64,000 nt of DNA, from the NCBI GenBank assembly GCA_003193925.1, contig PSPG01000004.1, positions 32,001 to 96,000 on the forward strand, written 5' to 3'. The DNA comes from Candidatus Thalassarchaeum betae. Lineage in GTDB: Archaea; Thermoplasmatota; Poseidoniia; Poseidoniales; Thalassarchaeaceae. Shown in pieces: positions 19,924 through 29,724 of this stretch; position 1 is the stretch's first letter, and every line of letters starts with the position of its first letter. The notes under the pieces were generated by a model. That model was not told the origin of the DNA. It was given only the letters and a program-made list of their open reading frames with translations, and ran no database searches. Made by a program: the position numbers and the translations under genes.

Positions 19924-20784
19924 TTACCCCTTTGAACCTATGAATCTCAGAGTTTCGACATCCATATCTCCTCGCACTAATCCTATCCTCTGGCCCTCCG
20001 ACAGGAACAGGCGTATCCCCTCCCGCCCGTCCGCACCGTAATCGATAGTCCTCTGATTGACGTACATGCCGACGAATTCCCTGTTGGTATCGTCGTCTAT
20101 TCCGCGACCCCATGCCTTAGAGAATTCTAGTGCAGCGTCTGGATCTTCCAGTGAATGCATGATGCTCTCTCTGACATCAGAGGTCAGTTGAACGCACAAT
20201 TCTTCCCCCAGATCCTTCCGGACCACATTCCCCCCCAGGGGCAGAGGAAGGCCCGTAGTCTCGTTCCACCAAACTCCTAGATCCAGCACCAGATGGACAC
20301 CGTCTTTAGCCCAAGTCAGTTGCCTCTCGTGAATGATCAATCCGACCTCATACTCGCCTTTCAACACCCGGGGTAGTATCTCATCAAAGGGGACGACCTT
20401 GACTCTAACATCGCCCCAGGCCAACCTCAAAGCTAGGTATGCACTGGTACCCAATCCGGGAATTGCGATTTTCTTCCGCTTTGCCTCGTCCTCATTAAGC
20501 ACGGTCTTTGAGATCAGAATAGGACCATATCCCTCTCCCATCGAAGCACCACAGTTCATGAGGTGATATCGATCTGAAATTCTGGGGAATGAATGTATGC
20601 TGACCGCGGAAATTTCGTACCTGCCCTCAAGTGCATGTCGATTCAGTGTCTCGATATCCAGAAGCACGTGCTCGTAACTCCTTCCGGGTGTCTCGAGCGA
20701 GCCTGAGGTCAAAGCGTGGAACATGAATGCATCATCGGGATCAGGAGAGTGCCCAACGCGAATTCTCCTGCTCTCGTCCTGCAC
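19924..20784 (-). CDS. mqnD: 1,4-dihydroxy-6-naphthoate synthase
   Basis: GHSPDPDDAFMF, DIETLN, G.GYGP, IIHE, TGLPLPLG and MYVN. Confidence 0.92.
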   Translation of the reverse strand: MQDESRRIRVGHSPDPDDAFMFHALTSGSLETPGRSYEHVLLDIETLNRHALEGRYEISAVSIHSFPRISDRYHLMNCGASMGEGYGPILISKTVLNEDEAKRKKIAIPGLGTSAYLALRLAWGDVRVKVVPFDEILPRVLKGEYEVGLIIHERQLTWAKDGVHLVLDLGVWWNETTGLPLPLGGNVVRKDLGEELCVQLTSDVRESIMHSLEDPDAALEFSKAWGRGIDDDTNREFVGMYVNQRTIDYGADGREGIRLFLSEGQRIGLVRGDMDVETLRFIGSKG

Positions 20785-20875
20785 GCGTCAGCGAACGGAG
20801 ATCAGTTGAAAACGGCTCCGAGAGGGAATCCACAGTTAGGCAACAGTCAATAGATACCAGTTCTCGCATTCGTCC

Positions 20876-21070
20876 ATGCCAGATGCCTCAAAACTATCTA
20901 CAGCTACAGGTCAATTGGGGCCGGTTTGCGCATTTACTGGAAAAGCACTCACATTCGCGGAGGCTATAGTGCTCGATAACCAATTCGTATGCTGGGAGGC
21001 CTATATCGAACTGACTGGAGCGAAACCGGCCACAGAAGGCAGGGAAATCGTGCAACTCGACCTCGATTGA
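20876..21070 (+). CDS. Small hypothetical protein (64 aa)
   Basis: ATG-initiated ORF filling the gap before priS; protein-like sequence with CAFTG..VCWEAY. Confidence 0.6.
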   Translation: MPDASKLSTATGQLGPVCAFTGKALTFAEAIVLDNQFVCWEAYIELTGAKPATEGREIVQLDLD

Positions 21071-21108
21071 CTCCACATGTTCATTTGCCGTGCCATAATC
21101 GGGTATGT

Positions 21109-22320
21109 ATGGTCGAGGGTTGGAGCCGTTTCGCACTCCGTTTCGCTGAATATTACCAATCCCTTGCGGTTGAAGACCTGTGGGGGCCTCCCCGGTTCCG
21201 TTCTCGTGAATGGATGTTCATCCCATGGGGCAGCAGGCCACCGGACAGACATCGCGGATTTTCCGACAAGAGGGAGTTGTTGCGCTACCTTCATCAGAAA
21301 GCCCCCCATTCTTGCTTCCACAGTACAGCATATTACAACGACCCCTCTGATAGGAATATGGCTGACAAGGGTTGGCTGGGAGCCGACCTGATATTCGATT
21401 TGGATGGAGATCACCTTCCGGGCGTATCTGACAGCGACTTTCCACAAATGATCGACTTGGTGCAAGAGCAGGCTTGGCGGTTGTGGTCGGAATTCTTAGA
21501 ACCTGAATTTGGATTCAGCGAGGATCACGCGCAGTTCACATTCTCCGGCCACAGAGGGTTCCACATTCATGTGCGCGAGCCGAAATATCTTCAATTGGAC
21601 TCCAATGCCAGGAGGCAGTTGGTCAACTACATCAGAGGGCAAGGAGTTAACGTCCAAGATGTGATGTCCGGTAGCGAATCGGGGTGGAAGTCTAGAGTGG
21701 AGTCAGGAATCGAAGGCGTGCTTCTCAAACTTCGAGCTATATCAGATGACTCTCCCGAGAAGTCCAAGCTGCTTACCGAGCAACATGAGATAATGTCCCA
21801 GAGGATACGCCACCCCGATTGCTCGGTGAAATCATGCAGTAAGACCAAGCTCCGAGAGTTGGCTGAACAGGCTCAGGATGAGGACAGGATACAGCGTCTG
21901 AGGAATGATTTCAGCCTCAGGGTCTTCCCAGGCAACAACACGGCGATTTTTTGGGAATTAGTCAAAGGCGACTCTTCTGTCGTACTAGGGAATGCTGGTG
22001 AGACCGATGAGAATGTCACAGTTGATATCAAGAGAGTCATCAGATGGATGGGAAGCCTTCATGGCAAGAGTGGTCTGCGCGTCACTGAAATACCGTTAAA
22101 CAGACTCGATCCAGATGCCTCAGATGCCTTTGATCCACTCCGTGAGGCTGTGGTTTTCCGCGGCAACGGTTCCATGAAGGTAGAATTAACGATGGATGAT
22201 GTCACCGCACGTATCTCGGATACAGAGGTAGAAGGCGGCACCGGGGATATTTTCGTTGTACCAGAGTCCATGGCCACGTTCCTCTCGTTAAAGGGCTGGG
22301 GCAGAGTGCTAAGCACCTGA
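21109..22320 (+). CDS. priS: DNA primase catalytic subunit
   Basis: REW.F, S.A.Y..P, GADLIFDLD, FSG.RGFH and D..VT.DI.R..R..GSLH.K. Confidence 0.93.
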   Translation: MVEGWSRFALRFAEYYQSLAVEDLWGPPRFRSREWMFIPWGSRPPDRHRGFSDKRELLRYLHQKAPHSCFHSTAYYNDPSDRNMADKGWLGADLIFDLDGDHLPGVSDSDFPQMIDLVQEQAWRLWSEFLEPEFGFSEDHAQFTFSGHRGFHIHVREPKYLQLDSNARRQLVNYIRGQGVNVQDVMSGSESGWKSRVESGIEGVLLKLRAISDDSPEKSKLLTEQHEIMSQRIRHPDCSVKSCSKTKLRELAEQAQDEDRIQRLRNDFSLRVFPGNNTAIFWELVKGDSSVVLGNAGETDENVTVDIKRVIRWMGSLHGKSGLRVTEIPLNRLDPDASDAFDPLREAVVFRGNGSMKVELTMDDVTARISDTEVEGGTGDIFVVPESMATFLSLKGWGRVLST

Positions 22321-22393
22321 CTCCGATATCTTAGGCTCCCTCAATCACAGAATATTGAATAGTGTAGAGGTTCGGAATCGTATTGTGGGGATT

Positions 22394-23140
22394 ATGCCAG
22401 ACGAAGAGGACAACGATCAGGACGTCGGTAATCTCCCCCTTCCTCCCCTCCCGCCTGGCATCACACTGCCCCCTCCTCCGCCGCCTCCGAGGATGGGACT
22501 TGGTGATGATTCGATAATTGATGAAGCCATGGACGAACTGCCATCAATACCGCTCCCAGACGATGAAGAAAGTACCCCCCCATCGGACTTCCAGACTCAA
22601 TGGGAGAAGCGTAGAGCCGCCGACCCCTCCCTCGCTCTCGAGAACAACGATAGCATGTACGGCCACATCGATAGGATAGCTAAAGGAGAAATTGGAACGC
22701 TTCTCGACCGTTTCTCTGACCGTTTTGGCTCAGAATTGGACAGGGAGATTATCGTTCTGAGAAAGAAGCAGCAGCAGGATGTTCGCTCAGTGAAACCCCA
22801 TGTTGAACTGATTCACCCTCCTGCTGGATCCGAAGATTTGATTTCGCAGGATGACACAGAGTCTGAAACAGACGAATTCTCAGAATTCTTCGATGTCGTG
22901 AATAACCTGCTGGGCGATATGCCGGAGGACTTCATAGATTCCTTCGTCCAGTCCGATTCATTCGCTCTCTTCCAGTCTGTCGGTGCCGACCCTTCCGCTA
23001 CCGACGAAGATGCTCGCAGGGAGTTCTTTCTCATGATAAACGCCGAACTTGGCGATTTGCCAGAGGATAAGATAAACGAGTTCGTGGAGTCCCCCGGCTT
23101 CAAATTATTCACCAGAATGGGTGAAATGTACGGAGAGTGA
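22394..23140 (+). CDS. Hypothetical acidic, polyproline-containing protein with a duplicated C-terminal helical domain
   Basis: PPLPP..PPPPPPP tract; two copies of EFF..N..LGD.PED.I..FV.S..F.LF..G. Confidence 0.75.
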   Translation: MPDEEDNDQDVGNLPLPPLPPGITLPPPPPPPRMGLGDDSIIDEAMDELPSIPLPDDEESTPPSDFQTQWEKRRAADPSLALENNDSMYGHIDRIAKGEIGTLLDRFSDRFGSELDREIIVLRKKQQQDVRSVKPHVELIHPPAGSEDLISQDDTESETDEFSEFFDVVNNLLGDMPEDFIDSFVQSDSFALFQSVGADPSATDEDARREFFLMINAELGDLPEDKINEFVESPGFKLFTRMGEMYGE

Positions 23141-23144
23141 ATGC

Positions 23145-23939
23145 GTGGGACTACTCGAGAAGGCAGGCAAGATTCAGAGTGAGGATGAGGCAGTTCCTGC
23201 TGCCGAGGACGACGCTCCAGCCACTGTGGTCCTACCGGATCCCAAACCCGTCAAAGAGAAGTCTGCTAAGAAGTCCAGGTTGCGCAGGGAGAAGAAGCCG
23301 AAGAAAGCGACGAAGGAGAAGAAGGTCCGAACGCCTAGAGTCATGCCCGATGGTTTCGATGCGGCCACTAGAGGTCAAGCAGTTCTCCGTCGATTCGTCG
23401 ATTTCCTAGTCAGCTATGGATGGTCAGTCCCCTTGATTGCGATAACGGCATGGGGATCATATTTCAATCCGACACCGATCGTCATTCTTGGTCTCGCACT
23501 AATGTTCCTCAATCTAGTGGTTGTGCCCAGAAACAGCGGTAGGACCATTGGGAATTGGGTCAGCCGAACCAGTTACGTCAATACTCGCGGAAACTCTCCT
23601 TTCTATGCCTATCCCGCGCTGAAGGGCCTGACTTTCATCTTCGTGATGCTAGGCCTTTTCACCGTTTTCTCTTTCACTTCGCAAGGTATGCCGGAGTCGG
23701 ATCTCGGGAAGGTCGGTACCATCGGTGGAATGCTGGTTCTCTTACCACCACTAGTCGATTGGCTGATGAATAGATTTGGCTCTTCGGATCAAGGTCTGTG
23801 GGAAACCCTGTTTGGAGGGGTCTGGCTCGTTCGAACTACCAAATCTGACGATGCCAAAGGTTTCTGGAAGCGCCTCGAATCCATCGCCGACTACACTGAA
23901 TCGAAGGGTTTACTCGAGGACGAATCGGGCACTGAATGA
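23145..23939 (+). CDS. RDD-like membrane protein
   Basis: RRFVDF motif, G.T.G pattern and four TM helices; Lys-rich N-terminus. The GTG start is estimated. Confidence 0.65.
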   Translation: MGLLEKAGKIQSEDEAVPAAEDDAPATVVLPDPKPVKEKSAKKSRLRREKKPKKATKEKKVRTPRVMPDGFDAATRGQAVLRRFVDFLVSYGWSVPLIAITAWGSYFNPTPIVILGLALMFLNLVVVPRNSGRTIGNWVSRTSYVNTRGNSPFYAYPALKGLTFIFVMLGLFTVFSFTSQGMPESDLGKVGTIGGMLVLLPPLVDWLMNRFGSSDQGLWETLFGGVWLVRTTKSDDAKGFWKRLESIADYTESKGLLEDESGTE

Positions 23940-24998
23940 TTACTCTGACTCAGAATCCTCATACCGCTGCTTGGCTAACGCCCTCATGTCCTCGTGGTGG
24001 AACCCGTTATCAATCGCCTCTTGATCAGATTCGTCTACAATCTCCACTCCCAGCAGCGTTTCTATAACGTCCTCCATAGTAATCAATCCAACGGTTCCTC
24101 CAAAGTCGTCGTTGACGATGAGTAACTGTACCTTATTCTCTAACAGCACATCCAGGGCCTTATCCACCGAGTCATCGTGCCTGCAATGAAAGACCTGACG
24201 AGAAATGCTCTCCATAGAACTGGAGTGGTCATCGACGGCAGCTCTACGAAGAATCTCGTTTCGGAGAACCATTCCTCGCACGTCATCGATGCTTTCCCCG
24301 ATTAGGGGCATGCGTCCATAGATCATTATTGGCATCCTCTCTAACACATCAGAGACGCTCTCCTGCTGGGAGACGGTCGTCATGACGACCCTAGGGGTCA
24401 TTACGTCACTGACCATAATCTCACGAAGACGCAGCAAGTTCTGTATGACGGTCTCTTCATCTTCGTCTATCACGTGAGTCTCCTCAGCTATATCAGCAAG
24501 AACAGCCAATTCGGTTCTGGTCATGGTCTCGCTCTGGGCGGCGGGCAACAATGAGCGGAGAATTTCGATCGGCCGGACAATGGGCCAAAGTGCGATTATC
24601 AATATTCGGAGCACCGTAGCCGATGGCACCGTGAGTCTCCTCCAATACAACGCGCCGATGGTTTTAGGCAGGATCTCACTTAACAGTAGAATCGCGATAG
24701 TCAGTATCGCTGAGGCTACAGCCACACTGTATTCTGGGTACACTTTCTGAACTTCGTATCCGACACCGAGTGCTCCGACGGTATGGGCCGTGGTGTTCAG
24801 AGTAAGTATGGCCGTGAGAGGGCGCTCGGGATCATCCTTGTAGCTAATCCATAATTCGCTGATTTTCGTATGGGTATCTTCCAGAGCCAAAATGTGGCTC
24901 CGCGTAGTAGACAAAAGGACTGCTTCCAATATACTACAGAGGAACGAGGCTCCCAATGCAAGCACTACATAGGAGATTATCAGCGTAAAGTCACCCAA
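23940..24998 (-). CDS. CNNM (DUF21)-CBS domain membrane protein (CorB/hemolysin family)
   Basis: SFLCSILEA.LLS, AILTLNT, SEILPKTIG, VMTPR and TMED.IE.LLG.EIVDESD. Confidence 0.9.
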   Translation of the reverse strand: MGDFTLIISYVVLALGASFLCSILEAVLLSTTRSHILALEDTHTKISELWISYKDDPERPLTAILTLNTTAHTVGALGVGYEVQKVYPEYSVAVASAILTIAILLLSEILPKTIGALYWRRLTVPSATVLRILIIALWPIVRPIEILRSLLPAAQSETMTRTELAVLADIAEETHVIDEDEETVIQNLLRLREIMVSDVMTPRVVMTTVSQQESVSDVLERMPIMIYGRMPLIGESIDDVRGMVLRNEILRRAAVDDHSSSMESISRQVFHCRHDDSVDKALDVLLENKVQLLIVNDDFGGTVGLITMEDVIETLLGVEIVDESDQEAIDNGFHHEDMRALAKQRYEDSESE

Positions 24999-25133
24999 TT
25001 CTATTGCCTCTTAGAGTCCATCGAGTAGATTTGGACGATAACCACCGGCATACACATTGTGCGGCTCCGATGGCGGGGCGGGGCGATGATGACATAAATA
25101 TGTGGCTCTGCGACATCCAACTAGACCCAGTGG

Positions 25134-27353
25134 GTGTCAACCGTGGACTATGTAGCGATATTTATGGCATGGCCATATGCTAACGGCCCCCTTCATCTGG
25201 GTCATGTTGCTGGAAACTGCCTCCCAGCAGACATCCAATTCAGGTACGAACGAGCCAGAGGGCGGCGGGTACTAATGTGCAGTGGCTCGGATGAGCATGG
25301 CACCCCTATCACCCTGACAGCCGAGGAGGAGGGCACGGAACCTCAGGACATAGTCGATCATTTCCACCAAATCAACAAGAAGGCCCTCATTGACATGGGT
25401 TGCTCGTGGGTCATGGATGTAGATCCCCGTGGTCCTGAGTACGGAGGGGCCCTGTACAACAGGACCTCGGATCCTCGACACAAGGAGCTGGTTAGAGATC
25501 TATTCACCTTAATGTTGGAAGCGAAGATGCTTGAGAGGAAAACGATGCAACAGTATTGCTCGGTCTCCAAGGACGGCTCAATTCGCTTCCTACCAGACAG
25601 GTACGTCGAGGGAGATTGTCCTGTCTGCTCCTTCTCCGGTGCGAGAGGCGACCAATGCGATGACTGTGGAGCGACATACGAAACTCACGAACTCATGAAT
25701 CCCATCTCCAAACTCGATGCAGATGCTAATATTGAAGTTCGTAATACAGACCACCTTTTCTTCAGACTCGATTTGTTCCAGGATTCACTGAATTCGCATT
25801 ACTTGGAACGAAAGGAGGTCTGGAAGCCCAATGTCCGCTCTATGACCAAGAACTGGCTAGACATGGGTCTCAGGCCCCGTGCGGTAACCCGAGACATCGA
25901 TTGGGGGATTGAACTTCCTCTGTCAGGATCTGAATGGGATTCCAAAAGGGTCTACGTCTGGTTCGAAGCCGTTCAGGGGTATTACACATGCGCGCGCATC
26001 TGGGCAGAAAGGTTCGCTGATGAGGCAGGCCATCCAGATGGAGTAGACGCATGGAGGAATTGGTGGACCGTCTCCGAGGATGGTTACGTACCCAAGCACC
26101 TGTACTTCATGGGAAAGGACAACATCCCGTTCCACACTATCATATGGCCTGCCATACTGATGGGGATTAACTCTGCCCAGTCCGGCAACCCAGTCTCCCA
26201 CACCCCTTTGCCCAATGATTTGGTCTTGGAAGCCAATGTCCCGGCCAATGAGTATCTGATGTTGCAAGGCGGCCAATTCAGCAAGAGCAGGAAGCATGCT
26301 GTCTGGTTGCCGTCTTTCCTAGAGAGGTTCGACCCCGACACTTTGCGATATTACCTATCGATCAACATGCCCGAGGGACATGACACTGATTTCAGATGGG
26401 ACGAATTCGTGGATCGTGTCAACAATGAACTCATTGGTACCTACGCCAACTTCGTACATCGGGTGATGACTCTATCCCACAGGCTATCCAATGATGGTTC
26501 GAACCCACTCTCTGACTTCGATTCACCCGACGAACATACAGAAGCACAGTCAATCATCTCCAGACACCTCGAGGATGCCATCCAATCGATGGAACGCCAG
26601 AGGTTCAAAGAAGCACTACGCAGCATCATGAACATCGCTCAATTAGGCAATTCAATACTACAAGAAGCCGCTCCTTGGAAGCACTTGGATGGTGATGATA
26701 CCCCGGAGACGCGGAAATCGCTTTCCTCTCTGGCATTCACTTGGAGAATGTGTCGTGGTCTCGCAGTCACACTGCGCCCCTTCATTCCCTACCAATCAGA
26801 TAGACTGTGGGCGATGCTAAATGAACCATCAGACATCGATAGCATCCTATGGGATGATGCCTTTTCCTATGATTCTCGCCTCGAGTGGAATGTTGATGAA
26901 CCCGCACCCCTCTTCGAGAAGTTAGATCTCGAGGAGATCATTTCCACTGAACAATCATTGGCAGAAATGGAGTCGGACAGCAAGGTCAATGACGTAAGCC
27001 GCCCCCACAATCAACCAGAGAGTGATTACATCGAGTTCGAAGACTTCCTCAAGGTCGAGATGAAGACAGGTAAGATTGTCTCAGTTGAAGACCACCCTGA
27101 TGCCGATACTCTCTATGTGATTATTATCGAAGACGGACCTGATTCGACTAGGACGCTATGTGCCGGATTGAAGGGGATCTACGAGCCCTCGGAACTTGAG
27201 GGATTGAATGTCGTGTACGTAGCTAATCTGAAGCCCCGAAAACTCAGGGGGGTGCTCTCTGAGGGAATGCTTCTGGCCGCAGATGATGGTAAAGGCGGGG
27301 TTTCCGTCCTGACATTGGACGGTGACATGCCACCCGGATCAGTCGTCCGTTGA
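25134..27353 (+). CDS. metG: Methionine--tRNA ligase with C-terminal tRNA-binding OB domain
   Basis: PYANG.LHLGH, DEHG, GKDNIPFH, FSKS and NLKPRKLRG..SEGM. Confidence 0.96.
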   Translation: MSTVDYVAIFMAWPYANGPLHLGHVAGNCLPADIQFRYERARGRRVLMCSGSDEHGTPITLTAEEEGTEPQDIVDHFHQINKKALIDMGCSWVMDVDPRGPEYGGALYNRTSDPRHKELVRDLFTLMLEAKMLERKTMQQYCSVSKDGSIRFLPDRYVEGDCPVCSFSGARGDQCDDCGATYETHELMNPISKLDADANIEVRNTDHLFFRLDLFQDSLNSHYLERKEVWKPNVRSMTKNWLDMGLRPRAVTRDIDWGIELPLSGSEWDSKRVYVWFEAVQGYYTCARIWAERFADEAGHPDGVDAWRNWWTVSEDGYVPKHLYFMGKDNIPFHTIIWPAILMGINSAQSGNPVSHTPLPNDLVLEANVPANEYLMLQGGQFSKSRKHAVWLPSFLERFDPDTLRYYLSINMPEGHDTDFRWDEFVDRVNNELIGTYANFVHRVMTLSHRLSNDGSNPLSDFDSPDEHTEAQSIISRHLEDAIQSMERQRFKEALRSIMNIAQLGNSILQEAAPWKHLDGDDTPETRKSLSSLAFTWRMCRGLAVTLRPFIPYQSDRLWAMLNEPSDIDSILWDDAFSYDSRLEWNVDEPAPLFEKLDLEEIISTEQSLAEMESDSKVNDVSRPHNQPESDYIEFEDFLKVEMKTGKIVSVEDHPDADTLYVIIIEDGPDSTRTLCAGLKGIYEPSELEGLNVVYVANLKPRKLRGVLSEGMLLAADDGKGGVSVLTLDGDMPPGSVVR

Positions 27354-27884
27354 ATCGGGCATGTCGAAGAATTCCCATTGTATCTGGGACAATTCTGAAT
27401 TTGTCTGTGCTAGGCTGTATGCTTTGAGTGGTTCGTGATTCAGACTGAGAAACTGATTTCCAAAACCGAATGGTCGAATTATGGATCTAGCTTGCTCCCA
27501 TCGACCAAGTAGAATTAGCGATACGCATAGCGCTTCTGCTGTGGATAGCCTACCCGGCTTGCCCCATGACACTGGATTAGCAGCGAGCACTATCGGCAGA
27601 GTCCGATGGTTCAGGCTGGTAATCCAGGAAATCTCGCTAAGTGATTCATTGAGTTGCTTCCAAGAGCAGTCAAGTGCCACTATTGCCGCACCGCGCTCCA
27701 TTAGCGCTCTATCATCAGGACCTAGTAGGACCCCCGAATTGGGATTCAATAGAACCCCCCGCTTGGGGGAGTATTTGGCATCGTAGTGTAAAATGGCGTG
27801 CCCTCTACGTTCCAGTGCCCTTGCCGTACACTTCCTAGCATCGTCCTGATTGAGATGTATGACATGCAAGGGAACGTCAATCAT
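27339..27884 (-). CDS. tsr3: 16S rRNA aminocarboxypropyltransferase Tsr3
   Basis: D.RKCT, LDCSW, R.LP...AANPV.WG....LST.EA and F..LN. Confidence 0.9.
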   Translation of the reverse strand: MIDVPLHVIHLNQDDARKCTARALERRGHAILHYDAKYSPKRGVLLNPNSGVLLGPDDRALMERGAAIVALDCSWKQLNESLSEISWITSLNHRTLPIVLAANPVSWGKPGRLSTAEALCVSLILLGRWEQARSIIRPFGFGNQFLSLNHEPLKAYSLAQTNSELSQIQWEFFDMPDSTDD

Positions 27885-28392
27885 CGGAGCCCTCCCCAGA
27901 TAGAAATTCATCTAGGGCATCAGCGATTGTGACATTTCTACTCGGTCCACGGCTTACAGCAGTATCGTACTTACCCCTTGGTTTACCGAATAATTCTATG
28001 TCCAGCATCTTCTCTATCTTGGTGAGTAGAGCATCGGTTGGCCTAGAGCCGTTCTCGACTTTCTGCACAGCATTGAGTCTCTCGTTCATGTGCATTGCGA
28101 ATTGCTTCTGATCCCAACCTCTTGAATCTCGAGCTTCGCGGATTCGGACATGGAAATCCGGCATCAGTTCCTTCGACTCACTACGCATTATGTCACCTCG
28201 TGTCGGAGGCCTCCTAGGGGTACTGGTCCACCCCCCTCCTGTAGGAGTGACTCGACTCTTTTTGTAAGGGGATTCATACAAGGAGAGATCCATACGCTCT
28301 ATGCATCTGTTGCATGCATCAACATTGACCTTGGAGACTATGGCTTGACGCGTCGAAACGTTGTCGGTACCGCATAACTCGCAGGTGCCCAT
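27877..28392 (-). CDS. mbf1: Archaeal multiprotein bridging factor (zinc ribbon + HTH)
   Basis: CELCG..C..C N-terminus and IREAR..GW.Q..A...E.G..P HTH; divergent from PAN. Confidence 0.85.
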   Translation of the reverse strand: MGTCELCGTDNVSTRQAIVSKVNVDACNRCIERMDLSLYESPYKKSRVTPTGGGWTSTPRRPPTRGDIMRSESKELMPDFHVRIREARDSRGWDQKQFAMHMNERLNAVQKVENGSRPTDALLTKIEKMLDIELFGKPRGKYDTAVSRGPSRNVTIADALDEFLSGEGSDD

Positions 28393-28465
28393 GGCAACCG
28401 ATTCCACTCATACGAATTGATTCTTCCGTGGGAACCGTCAAAAGCAGGCATCGACAGTTAATGTC

Positions 28466-29704
28466 GTGGCGAGCGAAGTGGATGCTCCTCCATTGGACAA
28501 GGAAAATACGAAAATCCCCTCATACCAGAGCCCGAAAAGATCCATCGACAAACTTCAAGTTGAGATGAAAGAGCTTTCCGAGAAGGCTCAGCAATTGCTC
28601 ACGGAGAAGCTCTTCCTTGAGAATGAATGCGCCCAGTTGAAAAAACGTGCCAATAGGCTTGATGAAGAACTCAGGAACCTCAGAACTCCCCCTTACGTAA
28701 TCGGGTTCATCCAAGACAGAGTTGGGGACAATGCAGTTGTTAGAAACTCAAATGGAACTGTCTTCCTAGTAAGTGTGAATCGGCGCTTGGACGAGTCTTT
28801 GCTGATTCCCGGTGCCAGAGTCGCATTGAATCAGGACTCTCTGTCGATAATCGAAGTGCTGGATAATTCCTGGGATCCGTTAGTATCCGGAACTGAAATC
28901 ATAGAAAAACCTTTGACGACGTTTTCTGATATAGGAGGATTAGACGAACAGATCAAGCAAATCAGGCAGGCCATCGAGTTACCCTTTGAGAGACCCGAAG
29001 CCTTCAGGGAATTCGGCATAGAACCCCCTAAGGGTGTTCTCATTACCGGACCGCCAGGGACCGGGAAGACCATGCTAGCCAAGGCTGTTGCAAATTCTAC
29101 TGAAGCCACCTTCTTGGGATTGGTAGGTTCCGAATTGGCCCAGAAGTACATCGGCGAGGGTGGACGCATGGTCAGGGAACTGTTTGACCTTGCACGCAAG
29201 CGTGCTCCTGCCATCATTTTCATAGACGAAATTGATGCTATAGGCTCCAAGAGGCTCGATATGGCTACTTCTGGTGACCGCGAGGTACAGAGGACTCTCA
29301 TGCAATTACTGGCTGAGTTGGACGGTTTCGAAACTTTGGATGATGTGAAGGTTATTGCGGCGACGAATAGGCCCGAACTGCTCGATGTAGCCCTACTCAG
29401 ACCCGGAAGATTCGATCGGATCATCGATATCGAACTACCGAACTCCGAGGGCAGACAGCATATATTCGAGGTACATTGCAACAACGTGCCCCTAGACAAA
29501 CAAGTGAACATCAGGAAGATGGCAATCGCTACTGAGGGCTACAGTGGTGCAGAGATCAAATCTATTATAATTGAAGCAGGCATGAGTGCGATCGCCGATT
29601 ACAGAAATCGGTGCTCGGCCAAGGATTTCTCTTCAGCACTGACAATCATGGACCGAAAGCGCAAGGACAGCCTGCACAATGGTCCTGATTCCCTATACAG
29701 CTGA
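28466..29704 (+). CDS. pan: Proteasome-activating nucleotidase
   Basis: Coiled coil and OB domain, GPPGTGKT, IFIDEID, REVQRT and RPGRFDR; C-terminal HbYX motif (LYS). Confidence 0.95.
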   Translation: MASEVDAPPLDKENTKIPSYQSPKRSIDKLQVEMKELSEKAQQLLTEKLFLENECAQLKKRANRLDEELRNLRTPPYVIGFIQDRVGDNAVVRNSNGTVFLVSVNRRLDESLLIPGARVALNQDSLSIIEVLDNSWDPLVSGTEIIEKPLTTFSDIGGLDEQIKQIRQAIELPFERPEAFREFGIEPPKGVLITGPPGTGKTMLAKAVANSTEATFLGLVGSELAQKYIGEGGRMVRELFDLARKRAPAIIFIDEIDAIGSKRLDMATSGDREVQRTLMQLLAELDGFETLDDVKVIAATNRPELLDVALLRPGRFDRIIDIELPNSEGRQHIFEVHCNNVPLDKQVNIRKMAIATEGYSGAEIKSIIIEAGMSAIADYRNRCSAKDFSSALTIMDRKRKDSLHNGPDSLYS

Positions 29705-29724
29705 TTAGCAATCCTCATCACTCC

